From an uncultured Curvibacter sp. (GTDB lineage: Bacteria > Pseudomonadota > Gammaproteobacteria > Burkholderiales > Burkholderiaceae_C): a stretch of 64,000 nucleotides of DNA. Under the pieces are notes generated by a model. That model saw nothing but the letters and a program-made list of their open reading frames with translations, made no database searches and had not been told where the DNA came from. Shown piece after piece: positions 39,039 through 49,103 of this stretch (position 1 is the stretch's first letter; the number at the start of each line of letters is the position of its first letter). The translations under genes and the position numbers were made by a program. The DNA lies in NCBI GenBank assembly GCA_963996595.1, contig CAXEHU010000097.1, positions 35,593-99,592 of the forward strand, given 5' to 3'.

Positions 39039-39515
39039 TCACTCCACCTGACGCAGCAGGGCCGCATACTGACCTGCCGTCACCGCGTACGCCCGCCCGA
39101 AGCCGGCCACGTAACGCAGGGACTGCGGCGTGATGAGAAAGAGCGAGAAATCGCCAAAGCCGAACAGCTCCTCGGCCTCGGGCAGCTTGGCCAGATAGGC
39201 GGCGCGGGCGGCGGCGTGATCCGGCGCCTCGGGTGGACAAGCGCTCGCCTGCCCCTGCACGCTCACGCGTGGCAGGGCCAGGGGCGTGTCGGCGGCATCG
39301 GGCGCAGCGGTGACCAGCAGGCTGACCTGGGCGTGGGCCTGCATGTCCTGCGTGTGCGTGGCCAGGCGGCTGACATGGACGATGAAGCGGCCGTCGGGCA
39401 GCAGGGCATAGGGCACCATGGACACGGCCGGCTCACCCTGGTGCAGGGTGGCCAGGGCTGCGACCGACGTGTGCCGCAGCAGCTGGCGCAGCGCGCGGTC
39501 TGCTTCCGCGTCCAT
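39039..39515 (-). CDS. Pyridoxamine-5'-phosphate-oxidase-like FMN-binding / HugZ-like split-barrel protein
   Basis: 158 aa. LRHTSVAALATLHQGEPAVSMVPYAL..DGRFIVHVSRLATHT fits the PNPOx-like split-barrel pattern. Lies 4 nt downstream of the hydrolase gene. Confidence 0.65.
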   Translation of the reverse strand: MDAEADRALRQLLRHTSVAALATLHQGEPAVSMVPYALLPDGRFIVHVSRLATHTQDMQAHAQVSLLVTAAPDAADTPLALPRVSVQGQASACPPEAPDHAAARAAYLAKLPEAEELFGFGDFSLFLITPQSLRYVAGFGRAYAVTAGQYAALLRQVE

Positions 39516-39519
39516 GGTC

Positions 39520-40896
39520 TCAGTAGGTCAGCTCCAGCACCGTCACGCGCTGCCGCGCCGCGGGCCAGACGCGGCCCACGAGCTTTTCGTTGTTGAACTC
39601 GGCCGCGACGGTGCGGTCTTCGGCGCTGGCGAGCTTGAGCTTGGCGCTGGACACGCCGGCGCCTACCGGTGGCACGCCGGGCAGCGCGGTCTGGCCGTCG
39701 AGGCGCAGGCGGTCGCGCTGGGGGTCGAAGTAGCCGCGCGGGCGCGTGAGGATGACCAGGGCCTGGGCGTCCTTGTCGGCCGCGGCGATGCGTTCGGGGC
39801 GCAGGAGGAGGATGGCGCTGCTGCGCGCGAAGGGGCTGCGGTAGATGTGTGTCGTGGCGTAGCCCGCCGCCTGGAGCTCGAACTCGTAGTGCATCCCGGC
39901 CTTGGCCGCGAACGGGCCCCAGCGGCCGTCGGCGCCGGTCGTGCGGGTGTAGACGGCTGGGCCGCGGCGCGCGCCGGTGGCGGCGTCGGTCTCGTAGATG
40001 GCGAGCTGCGCGCCGGGCAGCGGCAGGTTGTTGGCGTAGTTGCCACTGGCGGGGTCCAGCGGGTTCAGGCCCAGGCCGGTGATGGTGCCGCCGAGCACGG
40101 GATTCGCCTCGGGCGCGATGTCCACGGCCGGCTCGCGGCCGGTGATGAAGCGGTAGGACGCGGCGAAGGCGGCGTAGGAATAGGACGTTTCGCGGTGGTC
40201 GATGCGCGGGATCACGACGTTGGTCGCGCCCTTGAGCTCGGGGCCGGCAAACGTGACGTTGGTGGGTTTACCGGCCTGGCCGATCCACAGGCCATCGGGC
40301 TGGGCGAACTTGTCGTTGTTGTCGCTGCGGATCGTCATCCAGCGCACGGGGCCCGTGACCTCGTCGCCCTGCGCGTTCTTGGGCGCGTTCAGGCCCGTGA
40401 GGAAGGGGCCGGTACCCGAGAACTCGTTGCCTTCGCGAAAGCCGGGGATGGCCCAGACGCCGTGGTTGGGTGTGCCGCCCAGGATGGCATGCGAGACGGT
40501 GGCCGCGCCGCCGCCGTTCTGGATGTAGTTGCGGATGGCGTTGCCACCGCGCGAATTGCCGATCAGCACGACCTGTGACGCGCCGGTGGTGCGCAGGACT
40601 TTCTCGACCTCGGCCTTCAGATAAGCCATGTGCTCGGCGGTGGAGGTGCGGCCCGGCTGGGGCTTGCTGTCGTCGTCACGCGCCAGGGGATAGGGCAGCT
40701 CGATGGCGTGCAGGCGCTCGCGCGGCCAGCCATTGGATTCGAAGCGCCACTGCGTGGTCTGCCATAGCGCGGCGTTGTCGCCGTTGCCGTGCACGAAGAC
40801 GATGGGCGGGTGCTGGCTGGCGGGCGGTGCAAAGGCGCAGCCGGCCAGCAGGGCCAGCGCAGCGAAGACGGCCCAGAGATGGCGACGTGTCAGCAT
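39520..40896 (-). CDS. Lipase-like alpha/beta hydrolase lipoprotein with a C-terminal extra domain
   Basis: Lipobox LLAGC, then IVFVHGNGDN and the nucleophile elbow GNSRGG, followed by about 250 further residues. Start trimmed to the ATG at 40896. Confidence 0.65.
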   Translation of the reverse strand: MLTRRHLWAVFAALALLAGCAFAPPASQHPPIVFVHGNGDNAALWQTTQWRFESNGWPRERLHAIELPYPLARDDDSKPQPGRTSTAEHMAYLKAEVEKVLRTTGASQVVLIGNSRGGNAIRNYIQNGGGAATVSHAILGGTPNHGVWAIPGFREGNEFSGTGPFLTGLNAPKNAQGDEVTGPVRWMTIRSDNNDKFAQPDGLWIGQAGKPTNVTFAGPELKGATNVVIPRIDHRETSYSYAAFAASYRFITGREPAVDIAPEANPVLGGTITGLGLNPLDPASGNYANNLPLPGAQLAIYETDAATGARRGPAVYTRTTGADGRWGPFAAKAGMHYEFELQAAGYATTHIYRSPFARSSAILLLRPERIAAADKDAQALVILTRPRGYFDPQRDRLRLDGQTALPGVPPVGAGVSSAKLKLASAEDRTVAAEFNNEKLVGRVWPAARQRVTVLELTY

Positions 40897-41025
40897 GGTC
40901 AGGTTCTTTCGTGTCGAAGGGAGATGAAAGCCCGTCGCGCCGGCCGACGCCGCGCGAACCAAGCTGAAAACGTTATAGCGGAATTCTTTTGCAGCGCGTT
41001 GACCCAGGTGACAGGCAGGCCGGCC

Positions 41026-41721
41026 TCATTCGAAACCACCGGCGCGCCGCAGCGGGGCCGCGTCGGGCGCGGCCAGCATGTCGATGAGCAGGCGCGCGGC
41101 CTGCGGCTGCTCGGCCTTGCTCGCCACGGCGGCGGTGTAGACGGTGGCCAGCTCGAAGGCCTTGGGCAACACGGCCACCAGCTGCACGCCGGGGGTGTAC
41201 AGGATCTCGGTCACCTGGGTGCAGCCGATCAGGCCCGGCTCGCTGGCCGCGGCCATCTCCTTCATGGCGGTGGCGCCGTTGGGATGGGGGCGCAAGGCGC
41301 CTGCCACCTGCTGCGCAATGCCCAGACGCTTGAGCACGTCCATGAAGTGGATGCCCGCCGTGGCGCGCACAGGGTCGGGGAAGTAGATGCCCTGCGCGGC
41401 CAGCAGCGCGGCCTTGAGTGCGTCGGGAGTGTCGACCTTGGGCTGCGGCTCACCGGTCTTGACGGCGACGCCAGTGCGCACCACCCCCAGCGCCCGCGCC
41501 GAGCCGGGCTGGACACGGCCGGCGACCGTGAGCTCTTCGATGAGCGCCTGCGTGAGGATAAGCACGTCGCAGGGTTCACCGGCGAGCAGCTTGTCGCGCA
41601 TGACGCCGACGGCGCCGAAGCTGCCCTCGATGGCGCGCCCGGTCTCGTTGTAGAAATGGCCGCGCAGTTGCTGCACCAGCCCCTGCGCCGCACCGCCACT
41701 GAGGATACGTAGTGAACTCAT
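41026..41721 (-). CDS. Periplasmic-binding-protein-fold (ModA-like) protein without an obvious signal peptide
   Basis: Only the last 231 codons of the 585-aa track ORF look coding (MSSLRILSGGAAQGLV..CDVLILTQALIEEL..). Start at the ATG at 41721. Confidence 0.6.
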   Translation of the reverse strand: MSSLRILSGGAAQGLVQQLRGHFYNETGRAIEGSFGAVGVMRDKLLAGEPCDVLILTQALIEELTVAGRVQPGSARALGVVRTGVAVKTGEPQPKVDTPDALKAALLAAQGIYFPDPVRATAGIHFMDVLKRLGIAQQVAGALRPHPNGATAMKEMAAASEPGLIGCTQVTEILYTPGVQLVAVLPKAFELATVYTAAVASKAEQPQAARLLIDMLAAPDAAPLRRAGGFE

Positions 41722-41762
41722 AGAAAAACTTGTTTGCTGTTCGACGACGGGGAGGGTTGCGT

Positions 41763-42752
41763 TCAATCTGCCTTGATGCCTGCTGCCTGGATGACACGCG
41801 CCCATTTGGCGATGTCTTCGCGCATGTACTTGTCGAATTCCTGCGGGTTCATCAGCAGGGGGGTGGCGCCCTGACGGGCCCAGAGCTGGCGCACCTCGGC
41901 CTGACCCACGATGCGGCTCACTTCCTGGTTCAAGCGGTCCACCACGGCCTTGGGCGTGGCGGCCGGCGCCATCAGGCCCAGCCAGATGGTGGCCTCGTAG
42001 CCGGGCAGGCCGGCTTCGCTGAGTGTGGGCACCTCGGGCAGCACGCTGCTGCGCTCGCGTCCGCTGGTGGCGATGGCGCGCACCTTGCCGGCGCGGGCCT
42101 GCTCCGCCATGGTGGTGACGGCGTCGAACATCATGTCGACCTGGCCGCCGATGATGTCGGCGCGCGCGCCCGAGCTGCCGCGGTAGGGGATGTGCACGAG
42201 GTAGATGCCGGCCATGCTCTTGAACAGCTCGCCGGCCATGTGGTAAGGCGTGCCCGGGCCGCTGGAGGCGTAGTTGTACTTGCCGGGTTTGTCCTTGGCG
42301 AGCTTGAGGATGTCCTGCAGGTTCTGGACGGGCAGCGAGGGATGCGTGACCAGCAGCAGGTCGGAGTAGTTGACCGGCGCCACGGCCACGAAGTCGCGCA
42401 TCAGCACAAAGGGCTTGCTGGGGATGAGGGTCTCGTTCACCGTGTGGGTGTTGGACATCATCAGCAGCGTGTAGCCGTCGGCCGGGGCCTTGGCAACCAG
42501 ATCGGTGCCGATGAGCGAGCCCGCACCCGGCCGGTTGTCGATGACGAAGGGCTGCCCCAGGGCCTCGCCCAGGCGCTGGCCGATGAAACGTGCGTAGTTG
42601 TCGGCCGGCCCCCCTGCCGCGAAGGGGACCACGATGCGCACCGGCTTGCTGGGGTAGGCCTGTCCTGAGCCCGTCGTCGCGGTCTGGGCCTGGGCTGCCA
42701 CAGCCCCGAGCAGCAGCACAGCCAGCAGGCCCCGCAGGATGGATCGGCGCAT
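41763..42752 (-). CDS. Bug-family (TctC-like) substrate-binding protein
   Basis: Signal peptide followed by YPSKPVRIVVPFAAGGPAD. Confidence 0.9.
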   Translation of the reverse strand: MRRSILRGLLAVLLLGAVAAQAQTATTGSGQAYPSKPVRIVVPFAAGGPADNYARFIGQRLGEALGQPFVIDNRPGAGSLIGTDLVAKAPADGYTLLMMSNTHTVNETLIPSKPFVLMRDFVAVAPVNYSDLLLVTHPSLPVQNLQDILKLAKDKPGKYNYASSGPGTPYHMAGELFKSMAGIYLVHIPYRGSSGARADIIGGQVDMMFDAVTTMAEQARAGKVRAIATSGRERSSVLPEVPTLSEAGLPGYEATIWLGLMAPAATPKAVVDRLNQEVSRIVGQAEVRQLWARQGATPLLMNPQEFDKYMREDIAKWARVIQAAGIKAD

Positions 42753-42891
42753 GGTCTGTCTCCTCTGTGTTGTTTTGGACCATGCTAGCCCGACACGCGC
42801 CGCCTCACCCCCGGACTATCCCTAAAGACCGTGGGCTGCACGCCAACGGCGTTTCAAAACGCGACAGGATTCAGTGGACCTCCACGGCGGC

Positions 42892-43911
42892 TCAGACCAC
42901 GAGCGGCTCGTCCTGCATGGCCTCGATCTGGTCTTCGAGCATCTGGATCTGGCCTTTCCAGTAGTCGCTGCTGCCAAACCAGGGGAAGTTGATCGGGAAG
43001 GTCGGGTCGTCCCAGCGGCGCGCGAGCCAGGCGCTGTAGTGGATGAGACGCAGGGTGCGCAGGGGTTCGATGAGCGCGAGTTCGCGGCGATCGAAGTCAC
43101 GCATCTGTTCATAACCATCGAGCAGACAAGACAGCTGCCAGGTGCGCTGGGCGCGCTCGCCCGAGACCAGCATCCACAGATCCTGCACGGCCGGGCCCAT
43201 GCGCGCATCGTCCAGGTCCACGAAATGCGGCCCGGGGCCGGCGGAGGCGGGCGCGTCGGCCGGCGTCCAGAGGATGTTGCCCGGATGGCAGTCGCCGTGA
43301 AGGCGCAGACGGCGGATGTCGCCCTGTGCGCCGGCCAGCACCGGATGCTGCGCGACCAGCGCCAGCGCTTCCTCGCAGCGGCGCTGCCAGAGGGACTGCA
43401 CGTCCAGCGGGATCATGTCGTGCGCGAGCAGCCAGTCCAGGGGCTCGCGGCCGAAGCCCTGCAGGTCCAGCGCGGGGCGCTGCGCGAAAGGCCGCGCGGC
43501 GCCCACGGTGTGCAGGCGCGCGAGGAAGCGGCCAATCCATTCGAGCACCTCGGCGTCGTCGAGCTCGGGCGTGCGGCCGCCGCGGCGCGGGCTGACGGCG
43601 AAATGGAAGTCCGCATGCTGGTGCAGGGTCTGTCCCTGCAGCGACAGCGGCGCGACCACAGGCACCTCGGCCGCCTGCAGTTCAGCGGCAAAGGCGTGCT
43701 CTTCCAGGATCTGCGCCGCGCTCCAGCGGCCTGGGCGGTAGAACTTGACCACCACCGCCGATCCTTCCTCCAGATGCGCCTGGTAGACGCGGTTCTCGTA
43801 GGAGCTCAGGGCTTGCAGGCGGCCGTCGCAGGCCAGGCCCAGGCCCTCGAGCGCATCGAGGACGACGGCCGGCGTCAGGTGTTCGTAGGGGTGGCGCGAC
43901 GTGGGGCTCAT
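42892..43911 (-). CDS. srkA: Stress-response Ser/Thr kinase SrkA (YihE/RdoA family, APH-like fold)
   Basis: ALSSYENRVYQ, VVKFYRPGRWS, LHGDCHPGNILW and FVDLDDARMGPAVQDLWML are the characteristic YihE motifs. Start trimmed to the ATG at 43911. Confidence 0.85.
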   Translation of the reverse strand: MSPTSRHPYEHLTPAVVLDALEGLGLACDGRLQALSSYENRVYQAHLEEGSAVVVKFYRPGRWSAAQILEEHAFAAELQAAEVPVVAPLSLQGQTLHQHADFHFAVSPRRGGRTPELDDAEVLEWIGRFLARLHTVGAARPFAQRPALDLQGFGREPLDWLLAHDMIPLDVQSLWQRRCEEALALVAQHPVLAGAQGDIRRLRLHGDCHPGNILWTPADAPASAGPGPHFVDLDDARMGPAVQDLWMLVSGERAQRTWQLSCLLDGYEQMRDFDRRELALIEPLRTLRLIHYSAWLARRWDDPTFPINFPWFGSSDYWKGQIQMLEDQIEAMQDEPLVV

Positions 43912-44001
43912 GCGTCGATTGTCGCCGCCCGGACAGCACGCAGGCATCGCTGGCGTTTTCCCCTAGGCTTCGACGCGAAGGGCGTGGATAAACTGGATCG
44001 C

Positions 44002-45258
44002 ATGGCCCCCCTGCTGCCCTTTCATCGCAAGCTCGCGCTCGGCACGGCCGGCGTGGCGCTGGCCGTGGCGGCGCTGGCCGGCATCGGTGCGGGCCTGATC
44101 GCGCACGACCGGCTCGAAGACACGCTGGTGGCGCAGGCCACCGAGGATGCGCAGCGCCTGCTGCGCCGGGAGAACTATCGCCCCGAGGGCGTGCAGGCCA
44201 CGCGCAACGCCCAGGCCGCGGTGTTGGCGCTGGCGGCGGCGCACTTCGACATCGCGCAGATCTACACCGCAGGCGGCCTGCTGATGGCCGAGCAGTTTAG
44301 CGCCGATGGCCGTGCGCTGGATGCGGAGTTGCCACCGCGCGGCATGCGCGGCTACACCCAGCCCTGGTACGAGCGGCGCTGGCTGCCCGGGCGGCGGCCG
44401 GTGCTGCGCGTGTTCATTCCGCTGCGCAACGACGACCAGAGCCTGGCCGCATATTTCGAGGGCACGCGCCTGGTGCCCGACGGGCAGCGCCAGCGCATGC
44501 TCAGCGATGCGCGCCGCACGGGCTACCTCACGGCGCTGGCCGTGCTGGTGTGCGGCCTGGCGCTGTACCCGCTGGTGCTGCGCCTGAACCGTGACAGCCA
44601 GCGTCGCCAGCGCGAGCTGCTCGAATCGCACATCGCGATGATGGAGGCGCTGGGCCGCGCGATCGCGCGGCGCGACAGCGACAACGGCATCCACAACTAC
44701 CGCGTGGCCTGGATCTCGGCCACGCTGGCCGAGGCCGTGGGCCTGCACGGCACGCGCATGCAGGAGCTCATCGTGGGCAGCTTCCTGCACGACGTGGGCA
44801 AGATCGGCATCCCCGAGCACATCCTGCTCAAGCCCGGACCGCTGAGCAACGAGGAGATGCTGATCATGCACACCCATGTGGGCATGGGCGAGGACATCGT
44901 GGCCGGCTCGGGCTGGCTGGCCGGTGGCCAGGCCGTGGTGGCCGGGCATCACGAGAAATGGGACGGCACGGGCTACCCGCGCGGCCTGGCCGGCACCGAC
45001 ATCCCGCAGGTGGCGCGCATCTTCGCGATAGCCGATGTGTTCGATGCGCTGTCGTCACGCCGGCCCTACAAGGAGCCGATGGCGCTGGAGCAGGCGATGA
45101 CGGCGCTGCGCGAGCAGTCGGGCCTGCACTTCGACCCGCATCTGGTCGAGGTCTTCGACCGCATCGCTCCCGAGGTCTACCGCACGCTGACCGAGTCCGA
45201 CGAGGAGCAGCTGCAGGCTCTGCTCACGCGCATGGTGCGCAAGCACTTCAGCCTGTAA
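44002..45258 (+). CDS. Membrane-anchored HD-GYP domain protein (cyclic-di-GMP phosphodiesterase family)
   Basis: Two predicted TM segments flank a loop of about 150 aa. These are followed by HDVGKIGIP and HHEKWDGTGYPRGL. Only the part from the ATG at 44002 of the 794-aa track ORF is credible. Confidence 0.88.
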   Translation: MAPLLPFHRKLALGTAGVALAVAALAGIGAGLIAHDRLEDTLVAQATEDAQRLLRRENYRPEGVQATRNAQAAVLALAAAHFDIAQIYTAGGLLMAEQFSADGRALDAELPPRGMRGYTQPWYERRWLPGRRPVLRVFIPLRNDDQSLAAYFEGTRLVPDGQRQRMLSDARRTGYLTALAVLVCGLALYPLVLRLNRDSQRRQRELLESHIAMMEALGRAIARRDSDNGIHNYRVAWISATLAEAVGLHGTRMQELIVGSFLHDVGKIGIPEHILLKPGPLSNEEMLIMHTHVGMGEDIVAGSGWLAGGQAVVAGHHEKWDGTGYPRGLAGTDIPQVARIFAIADVFDALSSRRPYKEPMALEQAMTALREQSGLHFDPHLVEVFDRIAPEVYRTLTESDEEQLQALLTRMVRKHFSL

Positions 45259-46639
45259 GGCGTTCCCCGGGCGCGGCGCGCACCAGCTGCACATTGCACG
45301 TGGCCTGCCGCGCCACCCGCAGGGCCACGCCCTCGGGCGCGGCCGAACCCGCGCCCAGCACCAGGTCGCTCACCGCGTTGCGCTGCGCCCAGTCCAGCAG
45401 GGCCGCGGCCACGTCGGGCGCCACGAGCACATGGCTGGAGGTCTGGTGCCCTGGGCCCTCCAGCCCCTGGGCCCAGCGTTGCAGCTGCGCAAGCTGGCGG
45501 CGCTGCCCCTGGCTTTCGCTTCGCGACGGCGGCGCGAGCACGGTGACGCAGGCCAGCCGGGCGCCCGGCCGCGTGCCCAGTGCGCGCAGCGCGGCGCGGC
45601 GCAAGGCCTGCAGGGTGTCGGCGGGCGTGTCCTGCTGCGGCACGGCGAGCAGGACGATGGGCACCTCGCTCGGCGCCCGCGCGGGCCGCAGGGCGGGCAG
45701 GCCGCGCTGCAGCCGCTGGGCACGCCACCAGCGCCGCCACTGCGTCCAGACCCGGGCGGGCTGCCCGGACTCGCCACGCGCCGTCACGCGCACCTGCTGC
45801 GGATGACGCAGGTCGAACGCCAGATGCGCGGCCGAGGGATAGCGCTGCGCGGGCTCGGGCGCCAGGCAGCGCAGCAGCACCTCCTGCAGCCAGGCCGGGA
45901 TCTCGGGCCGCCAGTGCCGCGGCGGCGGCGGCTCCCGCCACAGGCGCTGGCGCAGCGCGGCCTCGGTGTCGGGCAGGCCGTAGGGCAGCTCGTGCGTGAG
46001 CAGTTGGTAGAGGATGGCGCCGAGCGCAAAGAGGTCGCTGCGCGGGTCGCCGCGCACACCCAGCACTTGCTCGGGGGCCATCCAGCCCGCTTCGCCAGCG
46101 GCGGCACCGGCCAGGCCGGCGTGCAGATCGGGGTGGTGGGCGTGCCAGGACAGGCCGTAGCCGAGCAGCACCACACGGCCTTCCGGTGTGATGCGCACGC
46201 GGTCGGGCCGCAGGCCCAGGTGCACGCTGTGCTGCTGGTGCAGCTGGTGCACGGCCTGCGCCAGGGCCACGCCCAGGCCCACCACTTCCTCGACGGCGGG
46301 CAGGGCCGGCTGGTCCAGGCGCTGCTGCAGGCTGGCGCCGTCGATGGCTTCCATCACCAGCCAGGGCGGCTGCACCGCGTCCTCTGCGTCGACGAGACGC
46401 GGCAGCTGCGGGCCGCGCAGCACGCGCAGCGCCTGGTGCTCGACCTCGAAGCGGCGCAGCGTGGCGGCCTCGTCACGATCCAGCCGCGGCTGCTTGAGCA
46501 TGAGCGCGAACCCGGGATCGCGCTGGCCTTCGGCGCATTGCACGCGGTAGAGCCGCGCGTGGGGGCCCTGGTGGATGTAGGCGTCGATGAGAAAGCCGCC
46601 CAGCCGGCTGCCGGGCGCCAGCGGCGGCGGTGCGGTCAT
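45248..46639 (-). CDS. Hanks-type kinase-like domain with degenerate catalytic motifs (predicted pseudokinase) fused to a USP-like C-terminal domain
   Basis: FALMLK (VAIK-like), HLGLRPDR in place of HRDLKPxN, GYG in place of DFG, and a retained WMAPE. The C-terminal part is USP-like (IVLLAVPQQD...DLVLGAGS). Confidence 0.8.
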   Translation of the reverse strand: MTAPPPLAPGSRLGGFLIDAYIHQGPHARLYRVQCAEGQRDPGFALMLKQPRLDRDEAATLRRFEVEHQALRVLRGPQLPRLVDAEDAVQPPWLVMEAIDGASLQQRLDQPALPAVEEVVGLGVALAQAVHQLHQQHSVHLGLRPDRVRITPEGRVVLLGYGLSWHAHHPDLHAGLAGAAAGEAGWMAPEQVLGVRGDPRSDLFALGAILYQLLTHELPYGLPDTEAALRQRLWREPPPPRHWRPEIPAWLQEVLLRCLAPEPAQRYPSAAHLAFDLRHPQQVRVTARGESGQPARVWTQWRRWWRAQRLQRGLPALRPARAPSEVPIVLLAVPQQDTPADTLQALRRAALRALGTRPGARLACVTVLAPPSRSESQGQRRQLAQLQRWAQGLEGPGHQTSSHVLVAPDVAAALLDWAQRNAVSDLVLGAGSAAPEGVALRVARQATCNVQLVRAAPGERLTG

Positions 46640-47394
46640 CGCCCGATCTCCAGGCGGTCGGCGAAGAAATCGGGCAGGCCGGCGCGGCGGATGGCGTCGG
46701 CCGCGGCGTGGTGGTCGTAGGCCACGCGATGGAAGGTGAGCTCGGACTGCTCGCTGTCGTAGAGCGTGTACATGGCCTTGGGACTGCCGTCGCGCGGCTG
46801 GCCCACCGAGCCGATGGTGGCCAGCCAGTGACGCCGTGCCGACACGGGGATGGGCATGCCGGGCGTGGGGGTGAAAGGCATGAGCTGGCCGTCGGCCGCG
46901 CGGTAGTAGAGCGACTGGCGGTGCACATGGCCCCCAAAGACGTAGCGCACCTCTTCGTGCGCGCTGGCGGCGTCCAGGCTCTGGCCCGCGGCCGCGGCAT
47001 CGTAGACATAGCGCCAGAGCTCGGGCTCGTCGACCGTGGCGTGCACCAGCAGGGCGCGGTCGAGCTGCTGGGTCATGGGCAGGCCGTCCAGAAAAGAGCG
47101 CTGGGCCGCGTCCAGCTGATCGTGCGTCCAGCGCGCGGTGGTTTCGCCCAGGGTGGGCTGCGCGCAGGTGCCCGGCGGACGGGCGGCCATGTCGTCGTGG
47201 TTGCCCTTGAGCACCAGCGCACCTTCGTCGGCCAGGCCCATGACGAGGTCCACCACGGCCCCGGGATCGGCGCCATAACCCACGAGGTCGCCGAGAAAGG
47301 CGTAGTGCGTGGCCTGCTGCTCGCGCGCGTGGGCCAGGCAGGCCTGCAGGGCGTGCAGATTGGCGTGGAGGTCGGACATCAGGGCCAGGCGCAT
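46636..47394 (-). CDS. Metallophosphoesterase (calcineurin-like/PPP-type phosphatase fold)
   Basis: MRLALMSDLHAN, GDLVGYG and GNHD motifs. Its stop overlaps the kinase-like gene start by 4 nt. Start trimmed to the ATG at 47394. Confidence 0.85.
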   Translation of the reverse strand: MRLALMSDLHANLHALQACLAHAREQQATHYAFLGDLVGYGADPGAVVDLVMGLADEGALVLKGNHDDMAARPPGTCAQPTLGETTARWTHDQLDAAQRSFLDGLPMTQQLDRALLVHATVDEPELWRYVYDAAAAGQSLDAASAHEEVRYVFGGHVHRQSLYYRAADGQLMPFTPTPGMPIPVSARRHWLATIGSVGQPRDGSPKAMYTLYDSEQSELTFHRVAYDHHAAADAIRRAGLPDFFADRLEIGR

Positions 47395-47489
47395 GGCTGG
47401 CAGTATGCCCTGCCGCGGGCCGGTCGACACGGGGTTTGTCCTCACGGCTGCCCTATGGGGCCGGCGCTACCATGGCCGGCGGAGGAAAC

Positions 47490-49088
47490 ATGACCCAGCA
47501 GTACGACTACCTCATCATCGGCGGCGGCTCGGCCGGTTGCGTGCTGGCCGCGCGCCTGTCGGAAGATCCGCGCACCCAGGTCGCGCTGCTCGAGGCCGGG
47601 CCCGCCGACCGCAGCGTGCTGATCCACTGCCCCGCCGGCCTGGCCCTGCTGGCCAAGAGCGGCCAGGCCAACTGGGGCTTCCAGACCACGCCGCAGCAGG
47701 GCCTGAACGGCCGGCGCGGCTACCAGCCCCGCGGCAAGGTGCTGGGTGGATCGAGCTCGGTCAACGCCATGATCTACACGCGCGGCGTGCCGCAGGATTA
47801 CGACGGCTGGGCCGCAGCCGGCAACCCGGGCTGGCGCTGGGACGAGGTGCTGCCCTACTTCCGCAAGGCCGAGCACAACGAACGCGGCGCGGACGCCTTC
47901 CACGGCGTGGGCGGGCCGCTCAACGTGATGGACCTGCGCAGCCCCAACCGCTACAGCCCGCACTTCGTGCAGGCCGGCGTACAGGCCGGCTATCCGCACA
48001 ACGAGGACTTCAACGGCGCCAGCCAGGAGGGCGTGGGCCTGTACCAGGTGACGCACAAGAACGGCGAGCGCTATTCCGCCGCCAAGGCCTACCTCACGCC
48101 CAACCTCGCACGGCCCAATCTGAAGGTCATCACCGGGGCACAGACCACGCGCGTGCTGTTCGAGGGGCGACGCGCCGTGGGGGTGGAGTTTCTCCAGGGC
48201 GGGCGCAAGCAGACGCTGCGCGCAGCGCGCGAAGTCATCCTCTCGGCCGGCGCGCTGCAGTCACCGCAGCTGCTCATGCTCTCGGGGGTCGGCCCGGGCG
48301 GTCTGCTGCACCAGCACGGCATCCCGGTGCTGCACGAGCTGCCCGGCGTGGGGCGCCACCTGCAGGACCATGTGGATGTGGTCGCGGTCTACAACGCGCC
48401 GCAGCTGACCGACCTCTTCGGTCTCTCGCCCAAGGGCCTGCTGAATGTGCTGCGCGGCGTCTGGGAATGGCGCCGCTCACGCAGCGGCATGCTGACGACC
48501 AATTTCGCCGAGGCCGGCGGCTTCATCCGCAGCCAGGCGGGCGAGCCTGTGCCCGATCTGCAGCTGCACTTCGTGATCGGCAAGCTCGTGGACCACGGCC
48601 GCACCACGACCACGGGTCACGGCTATTCCTGCCATGTCTGCCTGCTGCGCCCCAAGAGCCGCGGCAGCCTGCGCCTGGCCAGCGCCGACCCGCTGGCCGC
48701 GCCGCTGATCGATCCCAACTTCCTGGGCGAGCGTGACGACGTGGACCGCCTGATCCGCGGCTTCAAGCTCATGCGCAGCATCCTGTCGCAGCCGGCGCTG
48801 GCGCGCTTCGGCGCGCAGGAGCTGCCGGCCTCGGCCGTGGCCAAGAGCGATGTGCAGATCGAACAGTTCATCCGCAACCACGCCGACACCATCTACCACC
48901 CCGCAGGCAGCTGCCGCATGGGGCCAGGCGAGATGGATGTGGTGGATGCGCAGCTGCGCGTGCACGGCCTGCAGGGCCTGCGCGTGGTGGACGCGAGCAT
49001 CATGCCGGCGCTGGTGGGTGGCAACACCAATGCGCCGGTGATCATGATCGCGGAGAAGGCGGCCGACCTGATCCGGGCGTCGGCCTGA
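47490..49088 (+). CDS. GMC-family FAD oxidoreductase (choline/alcohol dehydrogenase-like)
   Basis: [22 protein letters not shown] (FAD GxGxxG), [13 protein letters not shown] and a C-terminal HPAGSCRMG motif. GGAGGA RBS before the ATG at 47490. Confidence 0.9.
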   Translation: MTQQYDYLIIGGGSAGCVLAARLSEDPRTQVALLEAGPADRSVLIHCPAGLALLAKSGQANWGFQTTPQQGLNGRRGYQPRGKVLGGSSSVNAMIYTRGVPQDYDGWAAAGNPGWRWDEVLPYFRKAEHNERGADAFHGVGGPLNVMDLRSPNRYSPHFVQAGVQAGYPHNEDFNGASQEGVGLYQVTHKNGERYSAAKAYLTPNLARPNLKVITGAQTTRVLFEGRRAVGVEFLQGGRKQTLRAAREVILSAGALQSPQLLMLSGVGPGGLLHQHGIPVLHELPGVGRHLQDHVDVVAVYNAPQLTDLFGLSPKGLLNVLRGVWEWRRSRSGMLTTNFAEAGGFIRSQAGEPVPDLQLHFVIGKLVDHGRTTTTGHGYSCHVCLLRPKSRGSLRLASADPLAAPLIDPNFLGERDDVDRLIRGFKLMRSILSQPALARFGAQELPASAVAKSDVQIEQFIRNHADTIYHPAGSCRMGPGEMDVVDAQLRVHGLQGLRVVDASIMPALVGGNTNAPVIMIAEKAADLIRASA

Positions 49089-49103
49089 GGCGTACGAGCC
49101 GGG

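Noticed and set aside
41722-42783. The upstream 354 codons of the 585-aa ORF at 41026..42783 (-), and the upstream 376 codons of the 794-aa ORF at 42874..45258 (+).
   Set aside because: Those parts overlap the Bug gene (41763..42752) and the srkA gene (42892..43911), which both have clear family motifs, and they translate to low-complexity Arg/Gly/Pro sequence. Only the distal parts (41026..41721 and 44002..45258) look like real proteins, and these have sensible internal starts.
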